A stretch of 13,001 nucleotides of DNA from the NCBI GenBank assembly GCA_963832165.1, contig CAWHTE010000009.1, positions 1 to 13,001 of the forward strand. Direction: 5' to 3'. The stretch comes from an uncultured delta proteobacterium. Its GTDB lineage: Bacteria > Myxococcota_A > UBA9160 > SMWR01. Below, one piece after another: positions 7,510-13,001 of this stretch; the first letter of the stretch is position 1, and every line of letters begins with the position of its first letter. Made by a program: the position numbers and the translations under genes. The notes under the pieces are model-generated. The model made no database searches and was not told the origin of the DNA. It worked only from the letters and a program-made list of their open reading frames with translations.

Positions 7510-7538
7510 TTGCGCTACCAAAATCGTAGCGGTAGGCT
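7510..7538 (+). promoter_or_regulatory. Sigma70-like promoter for the CMD gene
   Basis: TTGCGC (7510-7515), 17-nt spacer, TAGGCT (7533-7538). RBS GGAG at 7570-7573, 7 nt before ATG 7581. Confidence 0.6.
7514..7530. promoter_or_regulatory. Operator palindrome 1 (GCTAC-N7-GTAGC), probable HxlR-family binding site
   Basis: GCTAC-CAAAATC-GTAGC, extending to CGCTAC/GTAGCG at 7513-7531. Repeated 28 bp downstream. Confidence 0.75.
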
Positions 7539-7541
7539 CAT

Positions 7542-7558
7542 GCTACGGAAAACGTAGC
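7542..7558. promoter_or_regulatory. Operator palindrome 2 (GCTAC-N7-GTAGC), probable HxlR-family binding site
   Basis: GCTACG-GAAAA-CGTAGC, with the same arms and A-rich spacer as operator 1. Confidence 0.75.
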
Positions 7559-7580
7559 GAGCCATTCGCGGAGATCCACG

Positions 7581-8126
7581 ATGCCCCGCCTCGCCCCGCT
7601 CGAGCCCCCCTACGCCGACGAGATCGCCGCGACGCTCGCGGCCATGATGCCACCGGGCGTGCCGCCGCTGCGCCTGTTCCGCACGATCGCGCACAACCCG
7701 CGCGTGCTCGCGAAGATCCGCGCGAGCAACCTGCTCGACAGGGGATCGCTCGAGCGAAGACACCGCGAGATCGTGATCCTGCGCACCACCGCGCGCTGCG
7801 GCGGCGAGTACGAGTGGGGCGTTCACGTGGCGTTCTTCGCCGAGCGCGTGGGTCTCGGCGACGCCGAGGTCGCGGCCACCGTGCACGGCGGCGCCGATCA
7901 CCCGGCCTGGTCCGAGCCCGAGCGCACGCTGATCCGGCTCGTCGACGAGCTGCACGAGGGTGCGCGCGTCTCCGACGCGCTGTGGACCGAGCTGCGCAAG
8001 CACTGGAACGAGGCACAGCTCGTCGAGCTGGTCGTGCTCGTGGGCTTCTACCACACGATCTCGTTCGTGGTGAACGCGTTCGGCGTGGAGCTCGAGCCGG
8101 GCGCGCCGCGCTTTCCGCTCGGATAG
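7581..8126 (+). CDS. Carboxymuconolactone decarboxylase / AhpD-like family protein
   Basis: PLRLFRTIAHNP, REIVILRTTARCGGEYEWGVH, LIRLVDELH, VSDALW..LRKHW.EAQLVELVVLVGFYH; GGAG RBS upstream. Confidence 0.9.
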   Translation: MPRLAPLEPPYADEIAATLAAMMPPGVPPLRLFRTIAHNPRVLAKIRASNLLDRGSLERRHREIVILRTTARCGGEYEWGVHVAFFAERVGLGDAEVAATVHGGADHPAWSEPERTLIRLVDELHEGARVSDALWTELRKHWNEAQLVELVVLVGFYHTISFVVNAFGVELEPGAPRFPLG

Positions 8127-8149
8127 GAGCCCAGCGCGCGCGAGAAGAG

Positions 8150-8584
8150 CTATGCCCGGATCAGCACGACGCCACCGCCGACGAGCAGCAGGCCGGCGAC
8201 GCGCGACAAGGTGGCCGGCTCCTGCGGCATCCCGAGGAGGCCGAAGTGGTCGATCACGAGCGCCGCCGCGGCCTGGCCGAGGACGACGAGCGAGATCGCG
8301 AGAGCAGCGCCAATCCTCGGGAAGGCGGAGGCGAGCGAGACGATGACGAAGAAGCCGCACACGCCCCCGATGTAGAGGCTCCACGGCGTGCCGGCCGGGA
8401 AGAACGTGCCGTTCGCGCCGCGCACGAGGTGAAAGATGAGCGCGCCGAGCAGCACGACCACCGTGTTCAGGATCAGCGCCGGCGGCAGCCCGGTGCGCGC
8501 CGCGAGCCCGGCGTTCGCTGCGGACTGGAGGGACGTCGCCGCTCCCGCAGCGGCGGCGAGGAGCCCGAACACGATGCCCGACAT
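8150..8584 (-). CDS. DMT superfamily membrane protein, YdcZ-like
   Basis: 144 aa, about 5 hydrophobic segments. LQSAANAGLA, PWSLYIGGVCG, PRIGAA, GQ...ALVIDHFGLLG, RVAGLLL motifs. GGAGG RBS 6 nt upstream. Confidence 0.9.
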   Translation of the reverse strand: MSGIVFGLLAAAAGAATSLQSAANAGLAARTGLPPALILNTVVVLLGALIFHLVRGANGTFFPAGTPWSLYIGGVCGFFVIVSLASAFPRIGAALAISLVVLGQAAAALVIDHFGLLGMPQEPATLSRVAGLLLVGGGVVLIRA

Positions 8585-8654
8585 GCGTGACCTCCGAATG
8601 GACCCGCAGTATCGCCTAACCCTCCACGATCCGGAGGACCGCGCCGGATCATCG

Positions 8655-9983
8655 CTATCCGATCGGCTCCAGGTCGATCGGTAGCCCGTCCACGGGCTTG
8701 GAGATCGGTGCCTGCTGCACGGGCATCTGGTAGCCGGCCGGCACGCTCCAGCGATAGCGAAGCACCAGCTGATGCGCGACGAGGCGCACCTGCGCCTCCG
8801 CGAAACGGCGACCGATGCACATGTGGGTGCCGCCGCCGAACGGGATCCACGAGTGAGTGTGGCGCTCGTGCTCCGCCCGCCCGGGGGCGAAGCGCTCGGG
8901 ATCGAAGCGCTCGGGCGCGTCCCACCACTCGGGCATGTAGTGGGTGTGGATCGGAGACGCCACCACCATCGTGCCGGCCGGGATCCGATACCCCTGCCAC
9001 TCGAAATCGCACAGCGTGGTGCGCGGAATCACCGGCAGCGGCGGGTAGCGGCGCAGCGTCTCCTGCATGGCGAAGGTCAGGCTCTCGAGCCGGTCGAGCG
9101 CGTCGAGGTCGGGATGCGGATCGCCGAGCGCGACGCTCTCCTCGCGGATCCGTTCCTGCCAATCGGGGTGCGCCGCCAGCTCGAAGGTGAGCGAGGTGAG
9201 CGTGCTGGTGGTGGTGTCGTGTGCCGCCATCATCAGGAACACCATGTGGTCGAGCACTTCGGCCTCGGAGAAGAACTCGCCGGTCTCGGATCGCGCGCGG
9301 CACAGGCGGCTGAACAGGTCGGCGCCGGCGTCGCCGCGCTTCTTGTCGAGCATGCCGCGCAGCAGCTCGAGCATGTAGCGGCGCCCGACCACGCCGCGGT
9401 GGTGGCGGCCGATGAACGGAATGCGCAGGCCCGGCATGGCTGCCGCCACCATCGCCTCGAAGGCCTCGTTCATGCGGTGCGACTCGCGCCCGAGGTCGAC
9501 GCCCACGAAGATCGAGGCGGCGATGTCGAGGGTGAGCGCCTTGAAAGCATCGAACGCGCGCAGGCGCGTACCTCCCGCGCGCCCGAACGCGGCGAGGCCC
9601 CGTTCGACGGCAGGGCTCATGCGCTCGACGTACTCGCGCAGGACCGGCCGCTTGAACGCCTCGCGCATGATCTTGCGATGATGGCGGTGCTCGGCGCCAT
9701 CGCGCAGCAACAGGCCGTTCGGGAAGATCGCGCCCATGATCAGCATCCACGGCGCGCGCGACGACAGCGAGTCGGCGCGGTCGAGGAGCACGGCGCGGTT
9801 CGCGTCCGGACCGAACAGGAAGACGTTGGTGAAACGGCCGCGTCCCACCACCGCCACCGGCCCGAATTCGCGGTGCACCTTCGCCTGCATCTCGCGCATC
9901 TCGTAGCGCCGGGCGCCGGTGGCGAAGACCTGACCGAGCAGCCGGGTCATGGGGACGCGCGGGATCTCCTCGAAGCTCTGCAT
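8655..9983 (-). CDS. Cytochrome P450 (CYP136/CYP120-like appearance)
   Basis: I-helix MAAHDTT, K-helix ETLR, PERFDPERF, heme ligand motif PFGGGTHMCIG. AGGAGG RBS at 9994-9999. Confidence 0.96.
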   Translation of the reverse strand: MQSFEEIPRVPMTRLLGQVFATGARRYEMREMQAKVHREFGPVAVVGRGRFTNVFLFGPDANRAVLLDRADSLSSRAPWMLIMGAIFPNGLLLRDGAEHRHHRKIMREAFKRPVLREYVERMSPAVERGLAAFGRAGGTRLRAFDAFKALTLDIAASIFVGVDLGRESHRMNEAFEAMVAAAMPGLRIPFIGRHHRGVVGRRYMLELLRGMLDKKRGDAGADLFSRLCRARSETGEFFSEAEVLDHMVFLMMAAHDTTTSTLTSLTFELAAHPDWQERIREESVALGDPHPDLDALDRLESLTFAMQETLRRYPPLPVIPRTTLCDFEWQGYRIPAGTMVVASPIHTHYMPEWWDAPERFDPERFAPGRAEHERHTHSWIPFGGGTHMCIGRRFAEAQVRLVAHQLVLRYRWSVPAGYQMPVQQAPISKPVDGLPIDLEPIG

Positions 9984-10062
9984 GGGACGTCAGCCTCCTG
10001 CGAGGTCGAGAGGACGGGGATCGGGGTCCGCGCGCACCCATTCTACCCGGCTCGAATGCGAA

Positions 10063-10080
10063 GTACTGTCACTTCAGTAC
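10063..10080. promoter_or_regulatory. Inverted repeat GTACTG-N6-CAGTAC, candidate operator in the divergent P450/hydrolase intergenic region
   Basis: Perfect 6-bp arms, AT-richer than the surrounding DNA. A TAGAAT hexamer on the minus strand at 10040-10045 points toward the P450 gene. Confidence 0.55.
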
Positions 10081-10102
10081 GAGCCCTGATTTGGGGGAGC
10101 CC

Positions 10103-10999
10103 ATGAACGAGCTCGCGTTCCGCGATGACGACGGGATCGACGTGTTCTACCGATGCTGGCGGCCGACCGGCAAGGCGCGGCTCGTCGTGCTGATCGCGCA
10201 CGGGATGTCGGAGCACTCCGGCCGCTACCAGCGCATCGCGAGCGCGCTCGCGGCGCAGGGCCATGCGGTCTACGCGCTGGATCACCGCGGCCACGGCCGC
10301 ACTTCCGCCTCGACCGGTCGCGGACGCACGGGTCCGTCGGGCATGGATGGCGTGCTCGCGGACCTCGCGCGGCTGCAGGAGATCGCGCTCGCCGACTCTG
10401 GCGCCGTGCCGGTGGTGCTATTCGGCCACTCGATGGGCGCGCTGATCTCACAGGCCTACGCAGAGCGGTACGGGCGATCGCTCGCCGGGCTCGCGCTCTC
10501 GGGCTCACCGGGCGCCGACGCTGCGGTGTTCGACATGGCCCAGGCGATCCGCCAGGCGGTCGACGCGGGCCTCGGCGATGAACCGTTTACGGGGCTCTCG
10601 ACGTTCAACGCAGCCTTCGAGCCCGCGCGCACGCCCTTCGACTGGCTGTCGCGCGATCCCGCCGAGGTGGACGCCTATCTCGCCGATCCGTTCTGCGGCG
10701 ATGCGTTGCCGATGACGCACGGCTTCGTCGCCGAACTCATGGGGATGGCGGTGCGCGAGATGGAGCCCGCCGAGATCTCGAAGATCCCGCACGCTCTGCC
10801 GATCCTGCTGCTGACCGGCGACGCCGATCCGGTCTCGAACGGCGGCGCGAACGTGCGCGTCCTCGAGCGGCGCATGCGCGATGCGGGGCTCGTGGTCGAG
10901 GCGACCTACTACCCCGGCGCGCGTCACGAGGTGCTGAACGAGGTGAACCGCGGCGAGGTCGAGCGCGACCTGCTCGCCTGGGTCGCGCGGCTCGCCTAG
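10103..10999 (+). CDS. Alpha/beta hydrolase, lysophospholipase / monoacylglycerol lipase type (Hydrolase_4)
   Basis: HGMSEHSGRY, DHRGHGRT, nucleophile elbow GHSMG, DWLSRDPAEVDAY..DPFCG, GDADPV (acid), ARHEVLNE (His). ATG 10103 follows a GGGGGAG RBS. Confidence 0.94.
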   Translation: MNELAFRDDDGIDVFYRCWRPTGKARLVVLIAHGMSEHSGRYQRIASALAAQGHAVYALDHRGHGRTSASTGRGRTGPSGMDGVLADLARLQEIALADSGAVPVVLFGHSMGALISQAYAERYGRSLAGLALSGSPGADAAVFDMAQAIRQAVDAGLGDEPFTGLSTFNAAFEPARTPFDWLSRDPAEVDAYLADPFCGDALPMTHGFVAELMGMAVREMEPAEISKIPHALPILLLTGDADPVSNGGANVRVLERRMRDAGLVVEATYYPGARHEVLNEVNRGEVERDLLAWVARLA

Positions 11000-11002
11000 C
11001 CC

Positions 11003-12226
11003 ATGCTCTCCGGCATGCTGGCCGACATCCAGGCCCACTGGCACTACCTGTTGATGCCGCTAGTCGCCGGCTTCGTCGGCTACATCACCAAGGTGCTGGC
11101 GCTCGAGATGATGTTCCGGCCGATCGAGTTCGTCGGCCTCAAGCCGCCGTACCTGGGCTGGCAGGGCGTGCTGCCGCGCAAGGCGGCGAAGATGGCCGGC
11201 ACCGCCACCGACCTCCTTCTTGGCCGGCTGTTCACGCTGAAGGAGCTGATGAGCCGACTCGACCTGCAGCGGCTGCTCCAGGAGCTCGAGTATCCGCTGC
11301 TGAAAGTCAGCGATCAGCTCGTCCGCGAGATCGGCGAGAAGTACCTCGAGGGGTTCTGGAGCCGCATGCCGGAGTTCGCGCGGCGCGCGATGATCGCGAA
11401 CGTCCAGCAGGAGATCCCGCGCCTGGGCGAGCAGCTCTGGAAGGACCTCGCGCGCGATCCGGCGCACTACATCGACATCAAACACCTGCTGGTGTCGAAC
11501 CTGGTCAAGGACAAGGTCCTGCTCAACGAGATCTTCCGGCGGGTCGGCGCTCGGGAGTTCGCGTTCTTCCGCAATGCGGGCTTCTGGTTCGGCATGGCGC
11601 TCGGCGTGATCCAGCTCGCCTGCTGGCTGATCTGGCACGAGCCGTGGTTGATCCCCGCGTTCGGCGGACTCGTGGGGCTGGTCAGCGACTGGATCGCGCT
11701 ACAGATGCTGTTCCGGCCGCTGTACCCGGTGAACGTTCTCGGGTTCAGGATCCAGGGCGTGTTCCTGGCTCGCCAGAAAGAAGTGGCGCGCGACTACGCG
11801 GGGCTGATCGCCACGGAACTGCTGACCCCCGCCAACCTCGTCGAGGAGATCCTGCGCGGGCCGTTCGCCGACCGCGTGGTCGAGCTGGTACACAAGCACG
11901 TCAAGCAGGCGATCGATGCGCAGATGGGTCTGGCGCGGCCGCTCGTGCTCAACGCGATCGGCACGGCGCGCTACCACGAGATCCGCGCGTACATCGTCAA
12001 GCGCGCGCTGGAGTTCGTGCCGGAGACGTCGCGCCACGTCGAGAGGTACGCGATGGATGCGCTCGACATCAACAACACGATCGTCGCGCGCATGGACGAG
12101 CTCTCGCCGCAGGAGTTCGAAGGGATGCTGCGGCCCGCGTTCAAGGAAGACGAGAAGACGCTGATCCTGTGCGGCGCGGTGCTCGGCTACATCATCGGCG
12201 AGATCCAGGTGCACCTGATGCTGTAG
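11003..12226 (+). CDS. DUF445-family membrane protein
   Basis: Two internal repeats of the form TM-(ALEMMFRP / ALQMLFRP)-(WQGVLPRK / IQGVFLAR), and C-terminal EFEGMLRPAFKEDE..LILCGAVLG. Begins 3 nt after the hydrolase stop. Confidence 0.88.
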   Translation: MLSGMLADIQAHWHYLLMPLVAGFVGYITKVLALEMMFRPIEFVGLKPPYLGWQGVLPRKAAKMAGTATDLLLGRLFTLKELMSRLDLQRLLQELEYPLLKVSDQLVREIGEKYLEGFWSRMPEFARRAMIANVQQEIPRLGEQLWKDLARDPAHYIDIKHLLVSNLVKDKVLLNEIFRRVGAREFAFFRNAGFWFGMALGVIQLACWLIWHEPWLIPAFGGLVGLVSDWIALQMLFRPLYPVNVLGFRIQGVFLARQKEVARDYAGLIATELLTPANLVEEILRGPFADRVVELVHKHVKQAIDAQMGLARPLVLNAIGTARYHEIRAYIVKRALEFVPETSRHVERYAMDALDINNTIVARMDELSPQEFEGMLRPAFKEDEKTLILCGAVLGYIIGEIQVHLML

Positions 12227-12272
12227 GGCTCGCCTTGGTGCGCGTCGCCCGACTGCCGTCGGCTCCCTGTCG

Positions 12273-12854
12273 CTAGCGTCGGCGGTGCGAGGCTGCGATC
12301 AGCAAGCCCACCGCGAACACGAGCGCGGCCGAGGGCTCCGGAACCAATATGCCGGGCTCGGAGATGATGTTGCCCCGGCACGACTCGTCTCCGGAATCGC
12401 AGTACTGGAACTTGATCGACCACTCGGTCAGCAGCGCTCCGCCTTCGACGGTGAAGCCCCAGGTGTAGATCGCCGGGTTGGCTGTCACGTCCGTGTAGCC
12501 AGCCGTGCACACGAAGTCGGCCTCGCCGGCGCCTGTGCACAGGCCATTCGCGCTGATGCCCGCGAGCTTCGGATCGGACCAGCTCGCGTCCGGCGACGCC
12601 GTGAGCGAGATGTCGGAATTGGTGATCCCGCTGATCGCCTTGAAGCCCGCCTGTACGACGCCGTCGGGCGAGCCGTCGTAGTTGGTCGTGTCGAGCGTGA
12701 GCGTCACGTCCCAGTTTCCGCCCCCCGCCGGATCCACGGAGAGGGAGACGGTCGATCCCTGACACGACGCGCAGTTCTCGAGCGTGATCGTGGCGGCGCT
12801 GGCGGAAGCGCCGATCGAGAGCAGTGCGAGTAGTAGAGTGGTAAGTGATCGCAT
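12273..12854 (-). CDS. Secreted PEP-CTERM sorting domain protein with six cysteines
   Basis: Signal peptide MRSLTTLLLALLSIGASASA, a Ser/Thr/Asp/Gly-rich mature domain, then VPEP, a hydrophobic helix (SAALVFAVGLLIAA) and a basic tail (HRRR). Confidence 0.92.
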   Translation of the reverse strand: MRSLTTLLLALLSIGASASAATITLENCASCQGSTVSLSVDPAGGGNWDVTLTLDTTNYDGSPDGVVQAGFKAISGITNSDISLTASPDASWSDPKLAGISANGLCTGAGEADFVCTAGYTDVTANPAIYTWGFTVEGGALLTEWSIKFQYCDSGDESCRGNIISEPGILVPEPSAALVFAVGLLIAASHRRR

Positions 12855-12868
12855 GATTCGGTTTTCGA

Positions 12869-12897
12869 ATTATGTGGGTTTTATAAAGGCACCACAA
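12869..12897 (-). promoter_or_regulatory. Sigma70-like promoter candidate for the PEP-CTERM gene within an AT-rich patch
   Basis: Minus strand TTGTGG (12897-12892), 17-nt spacer, CATAAT (12874-12869), 14 nt before the ATG at 12854. Confidence 0.45.
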
Positions 12898-13001
12898 GCC
12901 CTTATGAAAGAGTTTGCCGGTCGCGTCCCCGGCGCGCGCGGGTTTCCCACGGGGAGTCTGCCATTTCGCGAGCCTCGCCAACGCTCGGCGGGCGGATCAA
13001 C

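Noticed and set aside
8628..8650. Hairpin GATCCGG-N9-CCGGATC just after the P450 stop as an intrinsic terminator
   Set aside because: No U-tract on either strand, and 7-bp GC-rich stems arise easily at this GC content.
10063..10080. LexA/SOS box, tempting given the nearby repair genes
   Set aside because: The arms resemble TACTG/CAGTA, but the spacer is 6 nt rather than the 10 nt of the E. coli-type box, and the site is not upstream of the repair genes.
12905..12920. Sigma54 -24/-12 promoter for the PEP-CTERM gene (CCGGCAAACTCTTTCA on the minus strand)
   Set aside because: GG is followed 10 nt later by CA rather than GC, so the strict spacing and consensus are not met.
5044..12981. Many long overlapping ORFs (e.g. 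5044..7128, 5927..7231, 8473..10041, 8772..10106, 12187..12981)
   Set aside because: Arg/Ala/Gly-rich or antisense shadows of real genes, expected from stop-codon scarcity in high-GC DNA; no recognisable motifs.
1..13001. CRISPR array, tRNA, rRNA, transposase, integrase or prophage genes
   Set aside because: No regularly spaced repeats, RNA gene signatures or recombinase motifs were seen; nearly the whole window is explained by protein-coding genes with short spacers.

Overview
Very GC-rich bacterial DNA. A PEP-CTERM gene points to a diderm host, possibly Myxococcota-like (inference). Left 5 kb: a compact DNA-repair cluster with no Ku gene in the window. It contains PolX-PHP (minus strand, runs off the window and is missing from the ORF track), a divergent stand-alone LigD-POL-type primase-polymerase (Prim-PolC/PolD-like), a SAM methyltransferase translationally coupled to an ATP-dependent ligase of LigC type, and a divergent uncharacterised ~200-aa gene with weak YaaA/DUF328-like features. 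That gene is coupled to a degenerate class III cyclase-TolB-like-TPR gene. Middle: an HxlR-family regulator divergent from a CMD/AhpD-like gene, with two clear operator palindromes over a sigma70-like promoter. Right: YdcZ-type DMT transporter, cytochrome P450, alpha/beta hydrolase, DUF445 membrane protein and a Cys-rich PEP-CTERM protein. Four apparent single-base indels (~2043, ~3998, ~7115, ~7245) break genes and create misleading ORFs in the track; they are most simply read as assembly errors. A GTAG-type REP hairpin sits at 2471-2504. All family assignments come from motif recognition by eye, not from database searches.
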